A program made the translations under genes and the position numbers. The notes under the pieces were generated by a model. That model saw nothing but the letters and a program-made list of their open reading frames with translations. It was not told the origin of the DNA and did no database searches. Shown here piece by piece: positions 14,487 to 29,400 of a DNA stretch of 64,000 nt. Each line of letters starts with the position of its first letter. The first letter of the stretch is position 1. Source of the stretch: Bugula neritina (lineage: Eukaryota; Animalia; Bryozoa); assembly GCA_964035545.1 (NCBI GenBank), contig OZ037765.1:17918995-17982994 (forward strand). Direction: 5' to 3'.

Positions 14487-14682
14487 TGTTATATGGTCAT
14501 TCGTGTGGTATTGTATTAATTGCAAAATTACTCAGATTTTAAATAAGCAATCAAATATATTTCCACTGAACTAAAATCCTCACACATGAGTTCAACTAGC
14601 ATATCCCTACGCATGCCCAGAAACATATTATATATAATCTCTAAAACTAGAAATATAATATAGCCTCGATGTAAACACAACA
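14487..14682 (-). repeat. 3' LTR (196 bp)
   Basis: Direct repeat of 18697-18896; about 13 substitutions and 2 indels by manual alignment. Confidence 0.93.
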
Positions 14683-14715
14683 TCTCTCCAGGACTATTAA
14701 AGAAAAATAAAACAT

Positions 14716-14820
14716 ATGTAAACAACATATTACACAAGTACTTATTAATGTAAACAACATATTACATGAGTATTTAAAATTAACAAGTAATGTAAACAAC
14801 ATATTACATGAGTATTTACA
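14716..14820. repeat. Three tandem copies of ATGTAAACAACATATTACA in the LTR element 3' UTR
   Basis: Copies start at 14716, 14748 and 14790. Confidence 0.85.
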
Positions 14821-17800
14821 ATGAACAAAGAACACAGGTCACATGTACCCAGAATTTAATGTAATGGTAATCTTGATATCGTATTGGCATTCTCCGCTCG
14901 AGGACTTGAACACTATGACCAGGGGAACTAGAACTAGAACTGAGACCAGGAGAACCAGACACAGAACTCGGGGCAACAGGAGCATCAGGAGCTACGGGAA
15001 TAGCACATGAAGATACAAGCGGATCAGCAACTATAGGACCAGGGTCAGGCTCTACAACCTTACGAGCAACACAGATATGGCGCCTAACTACATTACCAAT
15101 AAGACCAACGCAAGTCATATCTGTACCCTGAACATCCACGACTCTGTATGGCTCTGGGTGATACATAGTATCCAGCTAACTTCTAGTTTCACGTTTCAAC
15201 AGCACAGAATCACCTCGGCCTATAGAACTATCTTTATAACCAACATCTGTTTGATCTTTCATCTTCTGCTTATACAAAGCATCACTGTCTCCTGCCTCCT
15301 CAGCAGTCTTAGCAACCTCATTAGAGAGCATAGGTAGTTTGATACGTATCTCACGACCGAACATCATAGCATAGGGTGTCATACCTGTAGCCGCATGGAG
15401 TGTAGACTTGTAAGCAATAACAAATTCCAACAGAGCTTGCTTCAAGTTCCTACCTTTAGAATTTGCAATCCTCAACATCTTGAGAACACTTTCATTAGTT
15501 CTCTCCACTTGACCATTAGCCTGGGGCCACAATGGAGTTGTAGATAGCGACTTGACACCACACTCTGCAAGATAACTCTGGAATTCACTGGAAACCAACT
15601 GGGGACCATTATCTGACCTCAAGATCTCTGGGTAACCATACCGAGCTAAAACATGTTCAAGAAACGAAGCAACCTTGCCTGTCTTAGTGTTACTTAAAAA
15701 GCCAGCCTCGAAGAGGTTACTATAGTAATCTATGATAATGATTATAGAACGAAAGGGACCAAATAAATCAACACTAAAGAACTTCTAAGGACCGTCTGCT
15801 AGCTTAGTGGGAGTGATAGGAGTAGGAAGAACACTAGAACCAACTAACTGACATGACAAGCACTGCCTGGGCCACCAAACCTTGAGCCTAAGTCTACTCT
15901 TGGTCTTTGCGATACCTTGATGTCCTTCATGAGCAAGAGGTAAAACCCTGGACCTTAGACTCCGTAGAACAAATATTCGTTCACCTCTGAGAACTACACC
16001 GTTACAACTACTCATTTTATTTTTCAATGACCTAATCACAGCAGATACATTTTTCCAATCAATTGACTGGATAACTTTGTGCATAGCCTGAGTCTCCTCA
16101 CAAGACTGGGCTGCATTCTGAATCTCTGACCAGCCCATAGCACATGGGACCGCCATGCTAGCAACTGTACATATGTACGAGTCATCAGTCAAAGGTTCCA
16201 CAACATCATCCTTAGAAACACTCAACCGAGATAAAGAATCAGCAATGTTACTGCAACCTGGCTTATACTCTAAAGCAAAACCAAAGGCCTGGAGTCTTAG
16301 ACTCCATCTCTCTAACCTAGGCTTACTAAATATACCCACTAGAGGCTTGTGGTCCGTAACTAACCGAAACTTTGTACCCAGTAAGTACATCTTGAAGTGT
16401 TCACAGGCCCACATGAGACCTAGTGCCTCACGCTCTATCTATGAATATCTGGACTCCACATCAGATAGCCGCCTATGTCCATAAGCAACTACTCTTGGCA
16501 CATCCTCTTGAATCTGATAAAGAACACAGCCTAAACCTACAGGGCTAGTATAGGCAATCACAGTAGTAGATGCATCTTTTATCATAGTAAGCTAAAGTTT
16601 GAGTCGACCCCATCAGAGACTTGACCTGCTGAAAAGACTTCTGATGTATATCCGTCCACTCAAAAGTAGCTTTATGCTTGGTGAGGTCCCACAAAGGAGC
16701 TGCCACTGTGGCTAACCCTTTGACATACCTACCAATGAACTGCACTAGACCTAGGAACCCCTTGAGCTCAAATACCGTCTCTGGTTGTCTAGCACCAAGA
16801 ATTGACTCAACCTGCGCGGGATCTGGAGATGCCATCACTAGACAAAATATGACCCAAGAAGCTTGATAGAACCCAAACCAAAGCAACATTTGACAGGATT
16901 TAGAGTTAAGTAACACTCTGACAAGCAAGCCATCACTTGCATTAGCCTATTTCTGTGCTCTTCAGAATCCTTACCAAACACAACTATGTCATTAGCCATA
17001 TTTAAGACACTACTAAGACTATTGAGGGTTTTCTGAATTGTGTACTAGAATACTTCAGAAGCAGCTGACACTCCCATTCCAAGCCTCTTTTTACGAAATA
17101 GACCTCCATGGCTAGCAAAAGTAGTAATGTCTCTAGAACTTGACTCCAGCTCACACTGAAAGAAACCCTGACGCAATCTTAGCTTAGAAAATACCTGAGC
17201 ACCATTCAACTCTACAAGCATCTCTTGAACGGTAGGGACTGGATATCTTTCTCTGATGATAGCAGTATTGGCTCTACGCATGTCAACACAAAGGCGAACC
17301 TCATTACCTTCTTCAGGAACTACAACTAAAGGACTAACCCACGTAGAAGCTACACCCTGGACTGGCTCAATAATAGCCTCCTCAACTAAATGATTCAAAG
17401 CTTTCTCAACCCTACTGCGATAGCTAAATGACAACCGTCTAACTGGTTGGGCAACTGGTTTGCACTCGGGATCTATATGCAACTTAACCTGTACATCTTT
17501 CACCTTACCCACACCGCGGAAACATTCTTGGTACTGTGCCTTTACATAACTATCTAACTCAGAAGTAGGTGAGTTAACAGTAATTTCTGCACAAAATTGA
17601 CTCAACAATGGTAAAGGAGTTGATTGATCTAACGCATACAAACTCTTAGTAGCAGGTTGCAATACTATGTCATTACTCAACAGTTCATATGTATGTTTGT
17701 CAATAACATTATCTACAGCACCTGAGTCTATTAGAAAAGTCACTCTCTTACCACCAAGTGCAGCCTGACACTTGGGAGTCTTGTAGCTGTTCTCATTTCT

Positions 17801-18652
17801 AGCTGCAAACTGATTACTGAGACTGTCACCAGTCGTTAGAGTTACAACTGGCCCCACGGGAGTGCGCTGTACAGTGTTAGTTGTAGATTTAGAGGTAGTC
17901 TTACTACGCCAGTACTTGGATCCGGCATAATGTCCAGTCTTCTTGCAGTTTCTGCAGGTCTTGCTTAAGGCGGGGCAACTCTCATTACTAGATTTATGTC
18001 CAGCCTTAAAACATCTGAAACAGATTATGTCCCTAGTAAAAGTAGTATGAGTCTTCATATTATTGTTAGTTGTGGTCATCTTTCTGTTCTGAGAATTTGT
18101 TACTCTAGCAACAACATTATTAGCAGCAGTCGGTGTGGCAGTAATCATCTTCCCTTCTAGTAGTTGAACTGTAACTGCTACTTCCATAGCTTCAGCTAGT
18201 GTGGTAATGTCAGCCTTCTCAACTAACTTCCTAATAAGAGTTGGATAGTTTACTCCAGCAATAAATTGTTCTAACAAATTATCCTCTAACAGATTACCAA
18301 ACTTACAGTCTCTGGCTGCTTTTCGAATCCGGATTTGAAAGTCTACTATGCTTTCACCTTCCTTCCTAGAGATAAATCTGAACTGAGTTCGTTCCAAGCG
18401 CTGATTAGTGGTTTTGCTATAGTGTGGGATTAACAGTTCGCGTAAATCAGCAAAAGCAACATCCTTAGGTATTTCAGTATACACCAAATCTCTAATTGTC
18501 TGATACTGTGTTGCTGATAATCCCATAAGTAGAATAGGCACCCTATCGCCATCTGTAGTCTTGGTAACCAGAAAATAACAGTCTAATCTCTCCAAATAAG
18601 ACTCAACTTCTGTACCCTCGCCAAAACTAGGAATAGCTATGCTTGCAGCCAT
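14816..18652 (-). pseudogene. Disrupted gag-pol of the LTR element
   Basis: Gag with CCHC knuckles (CFRCFKAGH...C; CRNCKKTGH), protease FLIDSGA, RT (WVSPLVVV, RLCVDMR, premature TAG at 17045-17047, active site reads NMAND), RNase H (TDHKPL), integrase HEGHQG...C..C and SDNGPQ...PQANGQVER; split by stops, frameshifts and small deletions. Confidence 0.93.
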
Positions 18653-18685
18653 AATAGATACTATCAGAACATAGGTTAACACTTA

Positions 18686-18695
18686 CTCGTCGCCA
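18686..18695 (-). promoter_or_regulatory. Primer-binding site, probably tRNA-Ser(GCU)
   Basis: TGGCGACGAG 1 nt inside the 5' LTR, complementary to the ...CUCGUCGCCA 3' end of metazoan tRNA-Ser(GCU). Confidence 0.75.
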
Positions 18696-18696
18696 A

Positions 18697-18896
18697 TGTT
18701 ATATTGTCATTTGTGTGGTATTGTATTAATTGCAGAATTACTCAACTTTTAAATAAGCAATCAAATATATTTCCACTGAACAGTGAACTAAAATCCTCAC
18801 ACACAAGTTCAACTAGCATATCCCTACGCATGCCCAAAAACATATATATAACCTCTAAAACTAGAGATATGATATAGCTTCCATGTAAACACAACA
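18697..18896 (-). repeat. 5' LTR (200 bp)
   Basis: Direct repeat of 14487-14682, followed on the minus strand by the PBS. Confidence 0.93.
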
Positions 18897-19319
18897 ATGA
18901 TTACGATGGATGATTATCATTATGATGATAATCATTAAGTTTAACATTATCATTCTCATTATGATTATGATTATCATAATCGTTATGATTATGATTAGAG
19001 TTGGACTACTTAAACTTAAATTCAAACTAAAACGTAATAGTTAATAGTTTTACCAATAATGATAATCATTACTCATAATATTATTAATATTAATCATTAA
19101 TTTTAAATCATAATGATAATGATAATCAATAAAGATTAAATCATAATGAAATGATAATGATGCAGACAACAAAGAAAATATAGTATAAATAACTCTGTGT
19201 TAAAACAAAAGTTGCAAGAGACTAATTGCAAACGTATAAATTTATTCTGGAAGTAAATAGTGTTAGCCTAAATGTAAGCATATTTTACATATTTAGTTTT
19301 ACAATTATCACATCCATTG

Positions 19320-19390
19320 GCACTAGCCGCTACTGCTCAGGAAAATCTTTCAAACGCTTGTGACCCGTGACGTCAAACGCGGCAACTATT
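19320..19390 (-). promoter_or_regulatory. Candidate DOLK promoter with a palindromic CRE
   Basis: Local CpG-rich patch with TGACGTCA at 19368-19375, upstream of the DOLK 5'-UTR acceptor (12020-12021). Inferred only. Confidence 0.3.
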
Positions 19391-19452
19391 TGTATCTGTA
19401 TCTATATAATAATAATATTTATATCGCTCGGATTTTAGTTAAAGAAGTATTC

Positions 19453-19569
19453 TATAAGCAGCTCCGAGTTGGGGGTGGCTGAATGCAATAATTCGCGATT
19501 CTCCGGCTTGGAGTTGGGGGTTCGGGAATCCTACTGCATTCAATCACTCCTAACTCGGAGCTGCTTATA
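19453..19569. repeat. 117-bp inverted repeat (small MITE or hairpin)
   Basis: TATAAGCAGCTCCGAGTT...AACTCGGAGCTGCTTATA: perfect 18-bp ends, ~37-bp imperfect arms. Confidence 0.8.
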
Positions 19570-22189
19570 AAAAAATTCAGATGCTAATAGAGTATAGACT
19601 GTAGATTATATCTAAGATAATTGTTATATATGAATATTTTAGTGTATAAAGATGGGGTGCATGAGAAATTCTTTAAGTCGGGCAACTTCTCATGTATAAA
19701 TCCAGCCATTTGAAGATGCCCTCTTTAAATAGTAAAGCTAGATGGGCTACCACCTTAGAACTTGTATTTTTGAGACGCAATAAAACAAAGTGATTGCTAA
19801 ATAAGTGGTCAGCAAATTAACAGTGCAAATAAATTCGTACAACTTGCACATTTAGTCAGTTCAAACACTACTGCTACATGCAATTATATTCTGCATATTA
19901 GTGCTATGTTGTAAAAATCAGCTAAATATTATTTTGTGACGAATTGCATTTTTCTGCATAAGTCGAAAAAATTCAGATGAGCGTTTTTTCTTTTGAGTAA
20001 ATTATTTTCATGTTTTTTGTAGCTGTTTTAGTAAGCACTCAGTTGTATGCTTGCAATATTCAAAACACTAACAATAAAAATGACTTTATCATGCCTTAAT
20101 AACAATCCCAGTGTTTTCACTGACACCTGGGAAAACTTCACTGCTGCTATATCAAATGTTTTAAAAGTTATTTCACAAAACTATTTAATTTAGCAATATG
20201 TTATTCAGCATAATATAATGTAGATAAAAGTTTATTTCAATAAAACAACTTTTGTTATACACACTGTGCAATTATAGAAAATAAACGAGGCTCCGCCCAA
20301 GAGATGGGGGCTGGCTTTGGATACATATTCCAGTTACTACTAGCTGTAGTTCCTAATTTAGTGACACATACATATTGTGTGGTAACAAAAAACATATAAA
20401 TACATACATATGTGGGATTACAGTGCTAATTAAAGAATATATACTAGGGATTCAAATGAGCATAAGTTAATAGCTGGTGCTTCAGTATAGAGAATACTGA
20501 CCACTTTTTACTGTAAAACAAGATTTAACAGCCTTTAGCCGTTTTCTATTTAATTTAACATCAGAGCAACAGATTTTGTTTTGTCTATAGGATGTAGCTT
20601 TAGTGTCACTATCACTACTACTCCTAATTTTCTTTCTAATGCTCTCAAGTAAATTGTAGAATGTAGATTTGAAAGTTGTCTTTCTGTTACTAATTGAGGA
20701 AACAACTTCATTATTATCTTCCTCTTCAATGTCTTCCAATGTTATCCTATGGTCTATCACTTTCTCAAACACACATACTCCGTCATCTAATCCATCTCTA
20801 CCAATAGCCACTCTTCACTTTTTGAATAAAGACTTTCATCTCTATAACTTCATGTGGATTTCTAAAAATAATATGTTTTAGAGGTTGTCACCCATTCGTT
20901 TGCATATACATAATAAAATATATCCTGGCAATACATGTGTGTAATTTACAGTTGTAATCTGCATCACAAATATCGGGTATAGTTGCTGATAGAGGTAAAG
21001 TAATTTAACAAGTATATTTTGGAATTGTATTCCCTGTTGCATGTTTTCTACAGTACTGTGCAATGCATTGCGTTATCCATTATGGATAGCATTACGTACC
21101 AACCATATTAACTTTTTAAATATATTATATGTATTTTAAACATTAATTTGTAATGGAGTAAAAAGTTTCGGTTTTGGAAAATTTTTTACATAATTTATAT
21201 TTTACAAGTGAATACTATGAATGTTAATTTAATATAATTATATATTAATAGAAGACAACAGCTATATATTATAAACTTTCTTTTTTATGCAAGTTCAAGT
21301 CTTGAAAAAAATTACAAATAAACTTACTCAGTAATAGTGTAAACTGGAGAGACAATTTCATTCCCTCTAGTACTAGTAGTCAGAGATGTGTTATCACAGA
21401 CTGAATAATTCTTAGAATACATCGTGTGAATAATATAAGCGAATATTATATCTGAGAACAGAGAGAGCAAAATTATCAACTAGCTTCACCAAGATACAGA
21501 TACATAGTGAACTTTTAGTTATTTTGATTGTTGAACTAATCGCAAGACACAACGTATCATTTAAATGTTGTCATTAATTGTTGACATGATTATATATATA
21601 TATATAATATATATATATATAAATGTATATATATATAAATGTATATATATATATAGAAGTAATGCTTGTAAGTTGTAACAAAACTTGCACAATTGTTCTT
21701 AGAAGCATGCATTTTGCACTTGGACTTGCATAATTTTGTATAAGTTATAATGGTGAGATATTAGATTTGGAATGTGACCATCGGCCTACATTTTTGTGCC
21801 CCTCAAAGGCAGAACAAAAAATATTTTGCATCCATACGAAGTACAGTGGACAAAACACTTTTTTATATATACATGCAACAAAACATGTAACCTGTAGTAG
21901 TTATTGGGACTTCATTGTGTAAGAATTCATGGGAACTTGGAATAAAGTAAATTTGAAAAATACTGAGGCTGTTGCCCCCCAGCTCAAACTAAAGTTTAGA
22001 ATGTAGCCCTCACACCGCATTTCATTGGCCATCGCTACAAAAGGGTTGGACACCCCTGCTCTATACGGACTATACCGATAAGCTGGAAAATAATCTTAAT
22101 TTTCGTTGGTCTATTCAACCAATGAACTCTTTTCCAGTTCAATGTATTAAACTATTTTTCACATTTCGCCGAATGAGAGCGGGACAGAC

Positions 22190-24562
<2,373 letters not shown>

Positions 24563-24639
24563 GGACAGACAACGGAGTTTAACGCCGATTTCCGGTGCAC
24601 ACTATGTTCACACATGTTCTAATGTTTAGCTGTATCTCA

Positions 24640-25700
24640 CACTGACACTCATATTCATATTGATGCTGTAGTCATTGTGATTATTTTATTTGTTATGATT
24701 ATGCATATTTGGAGTTAGAAAATTTTAGAATGCTCGTTATAGTTTACACTGATACTAATCCTTTTAACTTTACAAATCACGCTCATACTCGTACTGATAC
24801 TCATACTGATACTCATAGTCATAGTCATAGTGATAGTATAAGTATTACTATAACTATTAGTATTACTATTAGTAGTACTGTAAAGTGTAATCTGTATTAG
24901 TAAAATTAGTATTGGTAGTACTAGTACTGGCGCCAGTAGTACTAGGTCTAGTAGCCTCATAGTTCATACTCATACTCATAGTGATAGTCATACTCATACT
25001 GTAATAGTAATAGTAATACTTATATTATCAGTATCACTATGACTATGAGTGTGAATATCAATGTGACTATGACTATGAGTCATAGTATCCCTCATAGTCA
25101 TACTCACACTCATAGTCACTGCCACTGTCAGTAAGTGAGTATCATACTCATAGTGATAGTGAATTTAGTGATACTGCTATTGATAATTGATAGTGATAGA
25201 CTTAGAATTCCTCATTTAGTCATTAGACTTAGTCATTATGATTGCCATTATCATTAAATTTAATGATTATACTTAAAGGCTTTATCATCATGTTTATCAT
25301 AATTATAATGAAATAATCAAAGCAAATTCTTGAGAGTTGTCAGTTGAGTTACTGTTAGTGATTAGTGTTAATGAGTTATCTAGTATTCGAGTCACTGTCA
25401 GCATTACATAGCGATAGATGTGAATACCAGGTTTAGTGAGCAGTTGTAGTTATAGCCAAACATAAGTAAGCGCATTTTGGTGTTGTTTAAGTTTAATTTG
25501 AAGTGCTACCAATAACCCCCTTACTCCAATCACTAATGTTTAATTGTGCCACTGTCATTATCTCAACTACTTCTATTTTACTTCTACTTCTATTTTAGTA
25601 TAACTATAAGAGTATTACTATGACTATTTTTGTAGTATGATTATAGTCTTCGTAATAGTGATTACGTTTGCTGATGTAGTCTAAAACATTTATGGTGGCA
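24640..25700. repeat. Cryptic period-3/6 simple-sequence tract upstream of TSR1
   Basis: Runs of ACTCAT/AGTCAT/AGTGAT/AGTATT/ACTATT and their reverse complements. Confidence 0.8.
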
Positions 25701-26421
25701 ATACATTTACATTACTAGGTGACTAAATCTTACTTCTGTAGCTTAGTAAATTGGAATAAACCCTTGATGCTAGTAAAAGCAGCTTGCTTAAGAAGATTTT
25801 AAGCAGATTTACTTGTAGACATAAACATAGTGTTAATACTGTTGGCTAGTCATATTCAGTTGAGTATTGGTTAGTACTACTTGATTAAAAAGTTATCTGT
25901 AGTCAGTGCCATATGACTCACTCTTGATTAATCTACTCAGCCCAAATACAAAGTTAAGTTTTGAAGCTTACTTTTACCTCTAAGCTTGCTCGCTCTACAA
26001 GCTACCGAGATTTTGAAAATTGCTGAATACTTTATTTAGTATGCAAACGAGAATTCTCCCACAACCGTTTAGAACCTTGCATAATATAATTATAAGTTTA
26101 CTGAATAAGACATGCTAGTGATGCAAATATCATAGCATGTTGCACTGCTTATTGACTTGAGAGTTCATTATTTTTCGTGCAGTCTTTGCCAATAATAGAT
26201 TCTTACTTATTGATGTAGCAAATGCAACTAATTAGCTGATTCTAAGTCATTAAAGTTTGTGAAGGTCTAATATTGAATAGTTATATTAGTCATCAAGGTT
26301 ATTTCTATGGTGATTTGTATTAAGTTATTTTAAAGTACCAGCTGCTAGTTACGTTTAGTTTTCTATAGTTGTTTAAATTAAAGGAAGGAAGAAAGCTTTT
26401 CTTCAATTCTATGAAATAAAA

Positions 26422-29400
26422 ATGGAAGCACACCGACCCGGTCCATTGAAGCAACAGAATAAACGCCATAACTCTGGGAGACACAAAACTAAGGGACAAA
26501 TAAAAAGAAGCCAAAAAGGTGAAGCTTATTATTTCATAGTCTAAAATACTTATAGGGCTACTAGCCAAACTCAACCTGTTTCAGTTGTCAGCGGAAAAAC
26601 CGTTACTGGGAAGCTGTTGTGTACTTGGAAGTTAGAACATAAATGTTACTGCAGCAGGTGCAGTTTCTTCAACTGGTGCATGAACAGTGTGCTTTATTAT
26701 TTAAATGGAAGAAATAAAAGTTGTCCATTGATAATTTTCTATACCTAATGAAATACTATATATGGTATGCTGAAATATTGTAAAGTTAATTGGAGTGTTT
26801 TAAGCTCGATTGGCTTCTATCAAAGTATATACAGGTATCTTTGCAACAAATTAAATCCATATATTTTTCGGGTTTGCATATGTTGCATTCACCCAAAAAA
26901 TAACTTCAAATTTCTATTTATAATGATTTATTCAATTCTACGTCTTTAAAACATATTTTCTCAAATACAATATGGGATTAACTAATGTTGCCATATTTGC
27001 CATATGCTGCCTGTATTTCTAATTTTAATTAATTGTTGTTTGTTTAATTTGTAGGCAAAGCTGGCCATGTTCAATCATCCCGTCACAACAAGCAAGTATT
27101 GAGCAAACAAGATCGAAAACGACAGGTTAATATTTAAAATGCTATGAGACAGTATAAGCTTAGTATTTGTCTACAGCATGGATATTTTGGTTGTGGACAC
27201 TGCATATTTCAGTATTTTAATAGAATAATTTTTTAACTTTTAAATTTACAGGCTATTCAACTTCGAAAAATTAAAAAAGAAAAACTGCAGTTGAAAGTTA
27301 GAGGCATTGATGAAGCTAACGTCAATGATGACGAAGCTGAACCCATGCTGCCACTCCCACCACACTATATTGTGAGTTTTATAATTTTTATTGTGTGGTG
27401 ATACTTAAACTTGGACTCATTTTTGTGTACATTTCTTGAACTTTTTTTCCACTTCCTTCATATCCTTGAGAAAGACCCTATTTATAGTTTCAAGTTGGAC
27501 ATAATAAAAACTTGAGCTAAAAAAAGCTTCAACTACAACTATTACTAACCTGTATATTATTATGAGCTGCTGAATTTTCAACTGTGTTTTTCAAGTGCGT
27601 AAACAGACTTGCAGATGCAAAATAGTGTAAAGAAAATTGATGGTGAACCTCCTCAGTGAGACAATTAGCGCATTGTGACAGGACATAGCTCAATAAGAGA
27701 TATCGGACTAGCATGAAAAATTCATGCAGTTGGATTCAACATTTTTTTTACTTAAAGTTCAAAGTTTCTTATGTTCAATTTGCTGTTGACAGCCTTCTAT
27801 TCTGATCCTATTGCAGTGACACACAGGTGTTGCTGCTCAGCTGCTCAGCTGCATAATTACAAATGATTTGATAAACTTAAGAATACTCAATTGACTGCAA
27901 CCCTGTATACCGTCGTATATAAATAGTATGCAGGACTTGTTGCGTAGTATGAATATCATTAAACTGATTTACCACTTTGTAAATCGTTTCAATATTTTTA
28001 ATATAATTAGTTTATGGCCTTCTATAAAAAGATTCTAAGGGCATCTTTTTTATTTAAAATATTTGATGAATTGAATAATCATATGGTTGACTGTATGTTA
28101 AAAGTTTACTCCTAGAAAAAGACATTGATATCAATTTAAAAAAATCTACTGCTTTTATCTGAAGTTGCAATGTTTTTAGGCAGTAATACCGTTGAGTGAT
28201 AACTGCAATTCCAGTGATGTCTTGACTCTTTTGAGTAGCTGTGAGGAGCAGACAATTGCTAACACAAGTTCTCAAGGAATAACGCATGTCAGGTAGAGTT
28301 CTTTATTACTTTTTCAAAAAGGCTACTCAGTAAAACATTTTTGTCTTGTCTGAGTTCTCAAATTATACTTTAAATTTTTGTAGTTACCCAAAATTGAAGA
28401 GAAGAGTAGCTTACATTAAACCTGATCCTACAAATTTAGCTGCTGTACTTGAAGCTGTACGAGTTTGTAACACAGTGCTGTTTGTGTGGTCATTGATAGA
28501 TGCCATAGATGAGCATGGTGAAAGCCTTTACACCAGCATCTTTGCTCAAGGCTTACCAGCCACAGCTCATGTAGTCATGGTCAGTTAATTGTGGACATAT
28601 TTAACATTTATTTAAGAAAAGAAATTCTTTATAGATATGTAGCTTAAATTATATAACCATGTGTGAAAAGGTCCTGCTAAAGACTCCTTCTTGGTGTGGT
28701 AGTTAGTGGATTGCAGTCGCAGCTAAATATTCCTATATTGCATTAACTAAGGAGTGGTGTAGGGAATATTCAAGGTCATAACTCTATGTTATCATTGATG
28801 ATAGTTGTGATGGTGTTTACAACATCACTACTATACTGAATTTAGAAAAGCAGAAAAGGCACTGTGTTAATATACCTTTAATCCTTAGTAAATAAGATTT
28901 GTGCCTAATACCTATTTAAAGGGAAGTTTGATAGAAACAGTGTAAACATAACTAAATTACAAATTCTGTAAAATTGTAAAGAACAGCTTTAACCAGTCAT
29001 GAAATATTTTTATAGTACATCTGAAAAGTGTTATAGTTCCTCAGTTCAGCAAATTTTAAATTATTGATTACATTGATATTTGTAGTTGACTTCCTCAGCT
29101 CAGGTATATATTTCAGGGTATTAAAGGTCTTCCTCTGAAAAAGCAAACTGATGTCAAGCGACTTTTGAATAAAGATCTTGAAGAAAGGTAATAAAGCAGG
29201 TGTTTCTCCAGGGGCAGATAACTCTGACTGCTGCATCATTGAATAACTGCCAATGTTCATGTGCATAAGCAGTTGTCTGTTCCAGAATGCATCTATTTCC
29301 TATTGTCATTTTTCAAATTTGTGTCAACATCGCAAATTACTCACTATAAATAATGAAAAGTTGTTAGGCTATAAGGCATGCAAGTTGATAACTGGATTCA

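Larger units (their letters stand above)
14487..18896 (-). mobile_element. Full-length, decayed Ty3/Gypsy LTR retrotransposon (Mag-like)
   Basis: Two ~200-bp LTRs TGTT...AACA, 5-bp TSD ATGAT (14482-14486, 18897-18901), PBS TGGCGACGAG, purine tract before the 3' LTR, domain order gag-PR-RT-RH-IN, no env. Confidence 0.96.

Noticed and set aside
15077-16866. Plus-strand ORFs inside the LTR element
   Set aside because: Antisense shadows of pol; no env or accessory gene evident
22042-22058. AGGGTTGGACACCCCTG, a hAT-like terminus
   Set aside because: No matching opposite end or TSD located
24709-24960. ORFs with HTDTHSHS / TITMTMT repeats
   Set aside because: Arise from the period-6 simple-sequence tract; no homology or splice context
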